Shown piece after piece: positions 50,015 to 61,513 of a stretch of DNA of 64,000 nucleotides (position 1 is its first letter; every line of letters starts with the position of its first letter). The notes under the pieces are model-generated. The model did not search any database. It saw only the letters and a program-made list of their open reading frames with translations, and was not told the origin of the DNA. The position numbers and the translations under genes are program-made. The stretch comes from Thermoleophilia bacterium (GTDB lineage Bacteria; Actinomycetota; Thermoleophilia; BMS3ABIN01). The stretch is from assembly GCA_020053595.1 (NCBI GenBank), contig JAGVMV010000006.1, positions 49,325 through 113,324 on the forward strand, given 5' to 3'.

Positions 50015-51352
50015 CTAGACATGGCCGTGCATCTTGGCCATGGCCTCAGGATCCATCAGGTCCCCGAGTTCGATGACCACGTTGTCGCCGTCGACCGAGG
50101 ATTCCAGGACCATGGGGTTGCAGCCGCCGCCCTCAGACAGGGTGGACATGTCGATGAGGGCGTTGCAGTTCTTGCACACCAGCGTGTCCTCGCCCTCCTG
50201 CAGGAAGCCCTTGGCCGGGCAGATCTCGCAGGTGTCGAAGGTGGCCATATACTCGTCGTCATATTTGACTATGATGAACCGGATGGAGCCCTCGTCGCTG
50301 GTGTAGGTGTATTTGTGCATCTCGCCGTCCTCGAGGTCGGCTGTCGGGACTATCGCCCGGTCGCCCTGCTCCTGGACCGGCTCCGGTTTGGGATCGTGGC
50401 GGCTGGCGGCGATGGCTGCCTGGGTGCCGCCCAGGGCGAGCGTGATAGCGAGCCCCATGGCGCCGACGGCCATGCCCCAGGTGTGGGCGGAGCCGGCCAC
50501 GGCCAGCTGCTTGCGCCGGTCGGCCACCGACTCGACGCCGTCCAGGTTCGGTTTGATCTTGCGCGACTCCCAGAAGATGAAGATCGCGGGCAGGCCGATG
50601 AGCGCCATCAGCACGAAGGTCGAGGTGCTGTCCTTGGCGATCCAGCCGATGATGTTCATCCAGGTGTCGGTCGCGGGGAGGATGTCTATCTCGGTCCACT
50701 CATGGATGCCGCCGGCGACCAGCTTCAGGGCCATGATCAGCAGCACGATGCTGGTGATGGAGAAGAAGGTCCTGAGGTTGATGCGCAAGCTGCCCTTGAA
50801 GAGCAGGAAGGCGAAGCCGGCCGCCAGGGCCACGCCCAGGCTGCCGCCGATGAAGTTGTAGGCCGGGCTGGCGGAAACGTCGCCGCCGAGCGCCAGCATG
50901 AACATGACCGTCTCGATGCCCTCCCGGAGGATCATGAAGAACACGAATACGAACAGGCCGATGCCCGAGCCGAGCACACCCCTGCCCGAGCCGAGCACGC
51001 CCCTGTTCTCACCGGAAACGATGCCGCCGAGTTTCTCCTCGATGTCGGATTTGGCTTTTTTGCCCTGCTTCCACATCCAGATGACCATGGTACCGACCAT
51101 GATGCCGGCGGTGAAGAATATGATCCCCTCGCGGAGCTCGCTCTCCGGATCGATGCCGAACGCCTGGAAGGCGATCGCCACCGCGACGCTGCCGGCGATG
51201 GCGGCGGCGACGGCCGCCCAGACCGGTTTCTTGAGCTCAGGGCGCCCGGCGCGGGCCAGGTAGGCCATGACGATTCCGACCACCAGGGAGGCTTCAATGC
51301 CCTCCCTGAGGGTGATTACCAGCGCTTGAAAAAGGTTGTTTAACGATTCCAT
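50015..51352 (-). CDS. FTR1/EfeU-family iron permease fused to a C-terminal extracytoplasmic Cys-rich domain
   Basis: Two REGIE motifs (TLREGIEAS, ILREGIETV) in TM helices 1 and 4. C-terminal ~110 aa with CEICP...CKNCN...C. In-frame 21-bp tandem duplication at 50963-51004 (RGVLGSG x2). Confidence 0.8.
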   Translation of the reverse strand: MESLNNLFQALVITLREGIEASLVVGIVMAYLARAGRPELKKPVWAAVAAAIAGSVAVAIAFQAFGIDPESELREGIIFFTAGIMVGTMVIWMWKQGKKAKSDIEEKLGGIVSGENRGVLGSGRGVLGSGIGLFVFVFFMILREGIETVMFMLALGGDVSASPAYNFIGGSLGVALAAGFAFLLFKGSLRINLRTFFSITSIVLLIMALKLVAGGIHEWTEIDILPATDTWMNIIGWIAKDSTSTFVLMALIGLPAIFIFWESRKIKPNLDGVESVADRRKQLAVAGSAHTWGMAVGAMGLAITLALGGTQAAIAASRHDPKPEPVQEQGDRAIVPTADLEDGEMHKYTYTSDEGSIRFIIVKYDDEYMATFDTCEICPAKGFLQEGEDTLVCKNCNALIDMSTLSEGGGCNPMVLESSVDGDNVVIELGDLMDPEAMAKMHGHV

Positions 51353-51509
51353 CCGATCCTCCTGTAGTTTTACGGCCCGCCTCGGCGCTTGGTTGGTGCC
51401 CTATCTCACCGTTAAAGGGTTATACACTTTAGAAATTTAGTCCATCTAACCGATATTACTAAGACGATCAATCATATGTAAATAAGATTAGTCTAACTTT
51501 CTTGAGTTG

Positions 51510-51747
51510 TCAATACTTATTTTGAGAAAAGAGTGGAAGGGCGAGCAGCCATGCCAGAACAGAGTCCAACTCAACGCCTGAAAATTGCGCTGTCAGCTCA
51601 TTGGCCACACGCTGATATTCCTCAAAGATGGCTTCTGAGATTACAAGCGTGAGTTGACCGTGGCGACAGGCCTTAAGAATCTGATAAAGAGGCCCAGAGA
51701 AGATTAAGCCCGAAACCAGAACATTGGTATCGAGGTCTTACCAGTAA
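51510..51747 (-). pseudogene. PIN-domain (PIN_3-like toxin) gene remnant, lacking a start codon and C-terminally truncated
   Basis: DLDTNVLVSGLIFSGPLYQILKACRHGQLTLVISEAIFEEYQRVANELT is the typical PIN_3 N-terminal half. A TAA lies immediately upstream in frame. It is too short to hold the distal catalytic Asp residues. Confidence 0.35.
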
Positions 51748-51806
51748 GAATCTGAAGGGACCGGATTTTCAAGATATTACAGCTCAATGGAGCCGACAGG
51801 ATTTCC

Positions 51807-54449
<2,643 letters not shown>

Positions 54450-54528
54450 GGATTCCTTTTATCGATTCCAGTAAATGCGATTCGTCCTCTGATCGCGTTC
54501 TGTTGTATATACCCCTGCTTCGAGTTTT

Positions 54529-54726
54529 TTATTGCCGAGCCGTCTGGATCTCGATGCGCTTGGGCTCATCCCCGGTTATTTTGCCGTTATCTTTTTTGAC
54601 CGTGATCCTGGGATCCCAGGCATGGTTGCCACCGCTGCGCGACGGGAGTGCTGGAGTGAACCATGACTGCGGATTACCGAAATAATGCCAGAATCGGCGC
54701 GCTGGTGTTTTCAGAACAAGTGCCAT
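54529..54726 (-). CDS. hypothetical small protein (65 aa) upstream of clpB
   Basis: ATG preceded by GGAAGGAG. No recognisable family. Support comes only from the SD sequence and the open frame. Confidence 0.3.
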   Translation of the reverse strand: MALVLKTPARRFWHYFGNPQSWFTPALPSRSGGNHAWDPRITVKKDNGKITGDEPKRIEIQTARQ

Positions 54727-54897
54727 TTCGTATCGCTCCTTCCAGAATTACCCTTTGACAGGTAAATTCAGCTCTATTTTAAAGGAAAACACAATAATCT
54801 TCCAATTTTCTATATAGGAAATCTAATACGGTTAGACTTAGATTGATGAGAAAGGATTCAGGCGAGGGTCTTCCAAACAAGGTAACGGCCGACGGGG

Positions 54898-56034
54898 CTA
54901 GTACCGCAGCCGCGCCACAATATGCCCCGCCTCGACAATGGCCGGATGGCCCAGGGGGATTGTCTTAACAGCGGCGTCCTGCCTGACCGCCAGCTCCCTG
55001 GCTTCCGCGACTACATCGTTGACCTTGTCCACATCTTCACCGCAAGAAGGGCAGCTTTGTTCCGCGAACTCCAGAGTGTTGCAGGCCGGGCAATACCTGC
55101 CGGGTTGCGTGAAGCCGTTTTCGACCAGCAACAGGTCGACGCGCCGCTGGTTGAGGACTGCCAGCACGTCGTCGAGTCCGCCGACGTAGGTCCTTCCGGA
55201 TTTCAGTTCAGGACCGAGGGATTCCAGCAGGCTGGTTTCCTCCTGAAGCCGCAGCCGTTCCTCGATGGCCGTGACTTTGGACATTATCTCGTCTGATGAC
55301 GCGTCGATCTTCACTGGGAACCTCCCAGCCAGGCGTTCTTTCAGGTACGGGTGCAGGACTCGCTCCAGTTCCGGCCAGAGCTCATCGGCGACTCCGACGA
55401 CCAGGCGGTCAAAATGCTCCTTGCGGAAATAATCCAGGGTTGCCTCGGATGCTTTTTTGAGGTGGTTGCGCACCTCCAGTTCGTGGCGCCGCTGCAGCTT
55501 TGTCTGTTCCCAGCCGCCCTGGTTGTGATGCTTGAGTACCTGGTCGAGGATCTCGGTCTGTTCGCTGATCTCGCCGGCATTGGCCTGGAAGATGCGAGCC
55601 TTCTCTTTGCTGGTTACCAGAACGCAGAGCTGCTGATAACTGGAAAGGGTTTCGATGAGCGGGGCTACCTGCGGTTTCCAGTCCACGAAGAGGTGGTTCT
55701 CGATCGGGACTTTCAGCGGATTGACCTGCCAGAGACCCTCGGCCTTACAAGCGAAGATGACCAGCCCGCGGGCGCCGTTGCGGCGGAACTCGAGGTTGAC
55801 AAACTCGCCGATGGCGCTGAGTTCCAGGTCGAGCCCGCCCTGCTGATCGCGAGTGAGCTCCAGCTGCCCGGCGGCGGCCTTGCGGGCCTTGCTCGTCAGG
55901 TAGCTGAGTTCAGTCTCGTAATCGGCCCGCGTCGGATAAGCGGTTCCGTCCACATTCAGGTAGAGGCTGACGACCGGTTGCTGGTCGTGGCTGGCGAATC
56001 CCCGCAGGGAAGAAAGTTCTGAAGCAGTAAGCAT
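54898..56034 (-). CDS. eRF1/Pelota-like (bacterial baeRF1-type) protein with a C-terminal CxxC...CxxC zinc ribbon
   Basis: Central VLVTSKEKARIF...NQGGW region is reminiscent of the eRF1 domain-2 fold. C-terminal CPACNTLEFAEQSCPSCG. Start placed at the Met with an AAGGTGGT SD (56034); the track starts at 56085. Confidence 0.55.
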   Translation of the reverse strand: MLTASELSSLRGFASHDQQPVVSLYLNVDGTAYPTRADYETELSYLTSKARKAAAGQLELTRDQQGGLDLELSAIGEFVNLEFRRNGARGLVIFACKAEGLWQVNPLKVPIENHLFVDWKPQVAPLIETLSSYQQLCVLVTSKEKARIFQANAGEISEQTEILDQVLKHHNQGGWEQTKLQRRHELEVRNHLKKASEATLDYFRKEHFDRLVVGVADELWPELERVLHPYLKERLAGRFPVKIDASSDEIMSKVTAIEERLRLQEETSLLESLGPELKSGRTYVGGLDDVLAVLNQRRVDLLLVENGFTQPGRYCPACNTLEFAEQSCPSCGEDVDKVNDVVAEARELAVRQDAAVKTIPLGHPAIVEAGHIVARLRY

Positions 56035-56129
56035 TTTCGTACCACCTTGCTCGGGATAAAGGTCAGGGATGCACACTGTTCTCATACCCGGACAGCGAAA
56101 AAAATATCATGCGGGTAATTACTGATGTT

Positions 56130-56975
56130 TCAGGAAAAAAGAGGAGGCGTTTCCAGCGCGCCCTCGAGCCTCAAGAGCTCACGCAGGGCGGCCAGGCCGA
56201 TAGCCATTTTATCTTCGGTGGGCTCCGAGGTGGTAACCAGGTTTTGCAGCTCGCTGCCTGGCAGGGTCAGCACTTTCGACCAGAGGCTCTTCGGGTTGCG
56301 GGAGGCCCATTGCACCAGCTCGATGGCGCCGGAGAGACTGAGGACGCTGACGCCCAGGCGGGCCACGTTGCTGCGCCGCCCCAGCACCCGTTGGGCCATG
56401 GTGTTGCCGACGGTCATCAGCGCCAGGGCCGGTCCGACGATGTTGGAGCCGCAGCGCGGGTGCTCGGCCCGGGCTTTACTCGCCCTGACCGGGTCGAGGC
56501 TTCCGGAAGCTTCATAGCCGTTGATTGACTTATGTTCCGCTGCATGGTATTCGGTCGCCTGCGAGCGCCGCAGCGCCACCAGTGATGGAACAATCGCCAG
56601 CGCCGCGACCAGCACTTCTTCCATCAGGGGCGAGAGCTTGCGCTTGGGATTCTTGACGGCAATCGAACCGGCGACACTGACGATCATCGAGGCGATTACC
56701 TCGGGTGAGCGGGACATGATCGGCAACTGCCCGCCATGGGCGCTCGCTCTGGGCAGCACCATCGCCGACTCGGCCAGGCTGACCAGGCCTCTGAGGAGCG
56801 GGATCTTCCGCATGCGCGTCAGGCCGAGGCTCATCTTGTCGCCCGAGGCGATTCTGATCTCGCTGCCCGGTTCGCGCAGGGCCATGGCCCAGTGTTTCTC
56901 CGTCTGGAACATGACGCCGTTTTCCAGGGCCATGCCGCCGATCTTCAAATGTTTTTGCCTGCCAGCTGTTTCCAT
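56130..56975 (-). CDS. DUF1385 (YqhQ-like) family protein
   Basis: GGMALENGVMF, KIPLLRGL, YHAAEHKSINGYE and HPRCGSNIVG parallel the B. subtilis YqhQ motifs. Confidence 0.75.
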   Translation of the reverse strand: METAGRQKHLKIGGMALENGVMFQTEKHWAMALREPGSEIRIASGDKMSLGLTRMRKIPLLRGLVSLAESAMVLPRASAHGGQLPIMSRSPEVIASMIVSVAGSIAVKNPKRKLSPLMEEVLVAALAIVPSLVALRRSQATEYHAAEHKSINGYEASGSLDPVRASKARAEHPRCGSNIVGPALALMTVGNTMAQRVLGRRSNVARLGVSVLSLSGAIELVQWASRNPKSLWSKVLTLPGSELQNLVTTSEPTEDKMAIGLAALRELLRLEGALETPPLFS

Positions 56976-57040
56976 ATTGATACCACTATATCAGGGGCGC
57001 GGATGCCGTGCCCGTGCTGTTACATATATAATAAACAGCC

Positions 57041-58288
57041 ATGACGAACAATGATCGCCTCAAATCCTTACAGGAAGAAGCGCTGGCGCTGCACGAGCAG
57101 TGGCGGGGGAAGCTGTCCATCGAAAGCAAGGTTCCGGTGGCCGACAAGCACGCGCTTTCCATCGCCTACACGCCGGGCGTGGCCGAACCCTGCCGGCGCA
57201 TTGCCGCCGATCCGGGGCTGGTGGATCTCTACACGGGCCGCTGGAACACGGTGGCGGTGGTCAGTGACGGCTCGGCGGTCCTCGGACTGGGCAATATCGG
57301 CGCCCGCGCCGCTCTGCCGGTGATGGAGGGCAAGTCGGTGCTGTTCAAGGCATTCGGCGCCGTGGACGCCTTCCCTATCTGTCTCGACAGCCAGGAAGCC
57401 GACGACATCGTGCGGACGGTGAAACTTCTGGAGCCCAGCTTCGGCGGTATCAATCTGGAGGATATCTCCGCACCCACCTGTTTTGAGGTGGAGCGGCGCC
57501 TGATCGAGGAATGCGACATCCCCGTCTTCCACGACGATCAGCACGGCACCGCGGTCGTCGTGCTGGCGGCGGCCATCAGCGCCTGCAAGGTGACCGGCCG
57601 GGCGCTTGAGGATCTGAAGATCGTTATTAACGGCGCCGGCGCGGCCGGCATCGCCATCGCCCGCATGTTCCAGTCCGCCGGGGTCAGGGAGATCATCCTC
57701 TGTGACACCAAGGGCATCATCGGCGATCACCGGGACGACCTGACGCCGGTCAAGCAGGAGGTCGCTGGCTGGACCAATCCCGAATGCCGCGAGGGCGACC
57801 TGGCGGCGGCCATGGAGGGATCCAACCTGTTCGTGGGCGTTTCGGTGAAAGACGCAGTCTCAAAAGCCATGGTGGCCTCGATGGAAGAGGACGCCATCGT
57901 CATGGCCATGGCCAATCCCGACCCGGAGATTTTGCCGGAAGACGCCCTGGCCGCCGGAGCCGCCGTGGTTGCCACCGGCCGCAGCGATTTCCCCAACCAG
58001 GTGAACAACGTGCTGGGCTTCCCCGGAATCTTCCGTGGTGCTCTGGACGTTCGCGCCCGCGTCATCAACCATGAGATGAAAATCGCCGCCGCCCAGGCCC
58101 TGGCCGGGCTGGTCGGCGATGAACCGTCAACTGAAAACATTATCCCCGAGGCTTTCGATTTGCGCGTTGCCCCGGCCGTGGCTGCTGCCGTTGCCGGCGC
58201 CGCCGTGGATAGCGGTGTCGCCCGCGACCCGAAGACTCCAGCCGAGGTTGCCGCCTCGACCCGCCGGATGCTGGGCATCGAGGAATAG
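57041..58288 (+). CDS. NAD(P)-dependent malic enzyme (short form)
   Basis: Malic enzyme N-terminal (AYTPGVA) and NAD-binding (GAGAAGIAIA) motifs, about 415 aa. Confidence 0.9.
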   Translation: MTNNDRLKSLQEEALALHEQWRGKLSIESKVPVADKHALSIAYTPGVAEPCRRIAADPGLVDLYTGRWNTVAVVSDGSAVLGLGNIGARAALPVMEGKSVLFKAFGAVDAFPICLDSQEADDIVRTVKLLEPSFGGINLEDISAPTCFEVERRLIEECDIPVFHDDQHGTAVVVLAAAISACKVTGRALEDLKIVINGAGAAGIAIARMFQSAGVREIILCDTKGIIGDHRDDLTPVKQEVAGWTNPECREGDLAAAMEGSNLFVGVSVKDAVSKAMVASMEEDAIVMAMANPDPEILPEDALAAGAAVVATGRSDFPNQVNNVLGFPGIFRGALDVRARVINHEMKIAAAQALAGLVGDEPSTENIIPEAFDLRVAPAVAAAVAGAAVDSGVARDPKTPAEVAASTRRMLGIEE

Positions 58289-58366
58289 CGGATGCCGGGT
58301 TACAAGGAATAGCCGATGATCGGATTTACAGTATCGCCGACGCAGAATTTCGAGGAGAGATAACCG

Positions 58367-59212
58367 ATGCGGGAGATCGATGTCAGCGAAGTCACCGCGT
58401 TGGTCTCCCGGCTCTACCAGGAAGCCAATTTCAACCTGCCGCCCGATGTGGTCGCCGCTCTGGAATCGGCGCTTAAGCTTGAAGAATCACCACTGGGGCG
58501 CGAAGTCCTGGAAACCCTCCTGAAAAATGCCGAAATCGCCGCGCGTGACCGCGTTCCCCTTTGTCAGGACACCGGGCTGGCCACCGTGTTCGCCGTGGTG
58601 GGGCAGGAGGTCTGTTTCACCGGCGGCTCATTCACGCAGGCCGTGGATGCGGGTGTCGCCAAAGCCTGGCGGGATGGTTATCTAAGGGCTTCCGTGGTCA
58701 GCAGCCCCTGCCATGACCGTGCGAATACGGGCGACAACACGCCGGCGATGTTACATACAGAGCTGGTAGCCGGCGACGGCGTGCGAATCACCGTGCTTCC
58801 CAAGGGCGCCGGCAGCGAGAACATGAGCCGCCTGGCCATGCTCAAGCCCGCCGAAGGGATCGCGGGGCTGGTTGATTTTGTGGTGGATACGGTGGAAAAA
58901 GCCGGCGGCAATCCCTGCCCGCCGATCTTCCTCGGCGTCGGCGTGGGTGGCAGCATGGACCGGGCGGCCCTGCTCAGCAAGCTGGCGCTCCTGAGGCCGG
59001 CGGGTTCGCCGAATCCGGATGAGAGGCTGGCGCGGCTCGAGCTGGAAATCCGGGACAGCGTGAACGCCCTTGGCATCGGCCCCGGTGGTTTTGGCGGCAG
59101 CATCACCTGCCTGGGTGTGGCGCTCGAAGAATATCCCTGTCATATAGCGTCGCTGCCGGTCGCCGTCAACATTCAGTGCAACTCGGCTCGCCGGGCGACG
59201 GGGAGCATCTGA
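58367..59212 (+). CDS. fumA: class I fumarate hydratase / Fe-S hydro-lyase alpha subunit
   Basis: Fe-S hydro-lyase tartrate/fumarate alpha-type domain with a Cys ligand context (LCQDTG). Confidence 0.88.
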   Translation: MREIDVSEVTALVSRLYQEANFNLPPDVVAALESALKLEESPLGREVLETLLKNAEIAARDRVPLCQDTGLATVFAVVGQEVCFTGGSFTQAVDAGVAKAWRDGYLRASVVSSPCHDRANTGDNTPAMLHTELVAGDGVRITVLPKGAGSENMSRLAMLKPAEGIAGLVDFVVDTVEKAGGNPCPPIFLGVGVGGSMDRAALLSKLALLRPAGSPNPDERLARLELEIRDSVNALGIGPGGFGGSITCLGVALEEYPCHIASLPVAVNIQCNSARRATGSI

Positions 59213-59267
59213 TGGCATTGGCAATGATACGTCGCAAAGGTAACTGTAAATTTTCGAAAAACGTGGA

Positions 59268-59843
59268 GTGGCGGCGAAAATGACGACGATGCCCATCTCC
59301 CTGACCGCACCGCTTTCATTGGAAAAAACCCGTTCGCTCATTGCCGGTGACAAAGTGCTGATCACAGGGACGATTTACACAGCTCGCGATGCGGCTCATC
59401 GCCGGCTGATCGAACTCATCGAGAAGGGCGGGGAGCTTCCGTTCGAGCTGACGGGGCAGATCATCTATTATGTCGGCCCGACACCGGCTTCACCAGGGAG
59501 GGCCACCGGTTCCGCGGGTCCGACCACCAGCTCCCGGGTGGACCGCTACACACCGCTGTTACTGGCCCGGGGCCTGAGGGCGGTAATCGGCAAGGGTGAC
59601 CGTAGTCCGGAAGTGGCCGCGGCCCTTCAGGAACATGGCGCTGTTTACCTGGCGGCAGTCGGCGGCGCCGGCGCGCTGCTGGCCGAGAGGATCCGGGTGG
59701 CCGAAGTGGTGGCCTGGCCCGAACTCGGCACCGAAGCGGTTCACCGCTTCGAAGTCAGCGATTTCCCCGCCATCGTGGTCATGGACTCTCAGGGCGGCAA
59801 TCTTTACACATCCGGCCGAAAGAAGTACCGGCAGTCGCGATAA
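59268..59843 (+). CDS. fumB: class I fumarate hydratase / Fe-S hydro-lyase beta subunit
   Basis: Beta-type (swivel) domain (KGGELPFEL...IYYVGPTPA), directly downstream of the alpha subunit gene. Confidence 0.85.
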   Translation: MAAKMTTMPISLTAPLSLEKTRSLIAGDKVLITGTIYTARDAAHRRLIELIEKGGELPFELTGQIIYYVGPTPASPGRATGSAGPTTSSRVDRYTPLLLARGLRAVIGKGDRSPEVAAALQEHGAVYLAAVGGAGALLAERIRVAEVVAWPELGTEAVHRFEVSDFPAIVVMDSQGGNLYTSGRKKYRQSR

Positions 59844-60037
59844 CCCTGACAATACCCACAAACGGCCTGCAATAGTGGGTCTTCGGCGAAATTGTGGGGT
59901 CTGAAGCACATCCACCATTTTCTGGTGAAAATAAATTAACGCGCCCAAACTGGAAAATCCTGAGTATATTGGTATACTATTGAAACTTCTCAGTTGAGAA
60001 TTGTTAGTTCGCCGGGCAAGGGAGCTGGTAGAAGATT

Positions 60038-60766
60038 ATGCCGAACGAAATCGTACTCGTCGTCGACGACGACCCTGAAGTTTTACACAACACCAAGGAA
60101 TGCCTTTCCAAGGTGGGTTACCGGGTGCTGACCGCGGTAGATGGTTCCGCAGCCCGGCAGATCTCGCGCGACGAGCGCCCCGACGTAATAATCCTTGATG
60201 TCGAAATGCCTGTAACCAGTGGTCTCGATATCTGCAAAACTCTCAAGGGCGACGCCAGCCTGAAGCACATCCCCGTGATCTTTTTTCACGAAAAGCCGAC
60301 CACCGATGACCAGGTAGCGGGTTTCGAGGCGGGAGCCCAGGATTATCTGGCCAAACCTTACGACCGGGAAGAACTGGTGGCGCGGGTGGGAGCCGCCGCT
60401 CGGCAGAAAGTGGCCATCGACCGGCTGCGGCACAAGAACGCCAAGCTGGAAGCGCTGGCCAAGCACGTGCGCGCCGCCGTGCAGCACTACGAGCAGCCGC
60501 GCCAGGCAGCTCCGGGGGCCATGGATTATGAAGGGGTCGAGCAGGAGGGCGGCAAGGCGATGGTCAGGCTGACCCGGCGTGAACTGGAAATTCTGCAGCT
60601 GCTGGCAAGGGGTCTGAACAACGAAGTCATCTCAAGGCAGCTTTATATCAGTCCCACAACCACGCGTAACCACATCCAGAACATCCTCGGAAAACTCGGA
60701 GTCCACAGCAAGCTGGAAGCGGTCGCCTTTGCGGTTCGCGCCGGTTATGTAGACTTTGTTGGCTAG
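60038..60766 (+). CDS. LuxR/NarL-family response regulator
   Basis: REC domain plus a C-terminal LuxR HTH (LTRRELEILQLLARGLNNEVISRQLYISPTTTRNHIQNI). Confidence 0.85.
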   Translation: MPNEIVLVVDDDPEVLHNTKECLSKVGYRVLTAVDGSAARQISRDERPDVIILDVEMPVTSGLDICKTLKGDASLKHIPVIFFHEKPTTDDQVAGFEAGAQDYLAKPYDREELVARVGAAARQKVAIDRLRHKNAKLEALAKHVRAAVQHYEQPRQAAPGAMDYEGVEQEGGKAMVRLTRRELEILQLLARGLNNEVISRQLYISPTTTRNHIQNILGKLGVHSKLEAVAFAVRAGYVDFVG

Positions 60767-60910
60767 AGAGGTTGACACAGAAGGGCTTAACACCACTCTG
60801 TGTAATTCATAAGTACTAATTATTTGAGCAAAATTCATTATAGACGGCTATGTAACATTGAGGTTATCATACTAACCAACATACTTTACTTAGTGTCATG
60901 GGCTTAATCG

Positions 60911-60965
60911 CCCCCCTTGGAAGGCCCCGATCTCAATCGGGGCTTTCTCCTTCTCGGGGGGTTTT
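60911..60965 (+). terminator. putative rho-independent terminator (plus strand)
   Basis: GGCCCCGATCTCAATCGGGGC hairpin nested in a CCCCCC...GGGGGG stem, followed by TTTT. Confidence 0.35.
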
Positions 60966-61005
60966 GGAGAAAAAGAAATCGGCGCGGGGTAGGATCCGCG
61001 CCGAT
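60961..61005 (-). terminator. putative rho-independent terminator (minus strand)
   Basis: Perfect 10-bp stem ATCGGCGCGG/CCGCGCCGAT with an 8-nt loop, followed on the minus strand by TTCTTTTTCTCC. Confidence 0.4.
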
Positions 61006-61197
61006 TACAGTTGACACCTGCTCGGAGACAGGCGTCAATTTTTTATGAACTTGTCCAGATCCAGACCGGATTTGAATAGGATGAAGGAGTGCTACTGTTC
61101 CCTAAGTGAATCTTAGGCCGCCATAAGATGTTTGTGTAGGGTCAAAGAGGGACGACTTGGGGGGCAGATGAGGACGACCTGGAGTTATGCCGCATCC

Positions 61198-61455
61198 TCA
61201 AGGCTGTTTAGTATCGAGCGCAGACGGTTCTTTTATATCCGTTGACCGGGACTCAAGCTGACGGAAGCGTTCGGTTATGCGTGCGTCGGCAAATTCATGT
61301 AGTCGTCTGTCGATAGCGTGTATTTCTGCACCCAGCTTATGTACCAGTGAATGCAGCTGTTTATGGGTCTCCGCCGACATCTGCTCCCGCTGGTGGACCA
61401 TACCGGGTTCGAACCACCAGCTTATTTCATATACAAAATGGTGGAGGCGGTGCAA
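61198..61455 (-). CDS. hypothetical protein (85 aa)
   Basis: Open frame with a downstream minus-strand terminator at about 60961-61005. No recognisable family. Confidence 0.3.
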   Translation of the reverse strand: MHRLHHFVYEISWWFEPGMVHQREQMSAETHKQLHSLVHKLGAEIHAIDRRLHEFADARITERFRQLESRSTDIKEPSALDTKQP

Positions 61456-61513
61456 CGCTATTCGAACTCTGAGCTTAATATTCTAAGCCGGTTGGAACAG
61501 ATTGTTAATCAGA

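Noticed and set aside
51353-51806. A heat-shock operator (CIRCE, HAIR or CtsR box) or gene in the AT-rich gap downstream of clpB.
   Set aside because: Only a partial CTTGAGT half-site is present and no full inverted repeat. The one protein-like frame there is the start-less PIN fragment reported as a pseudogene.
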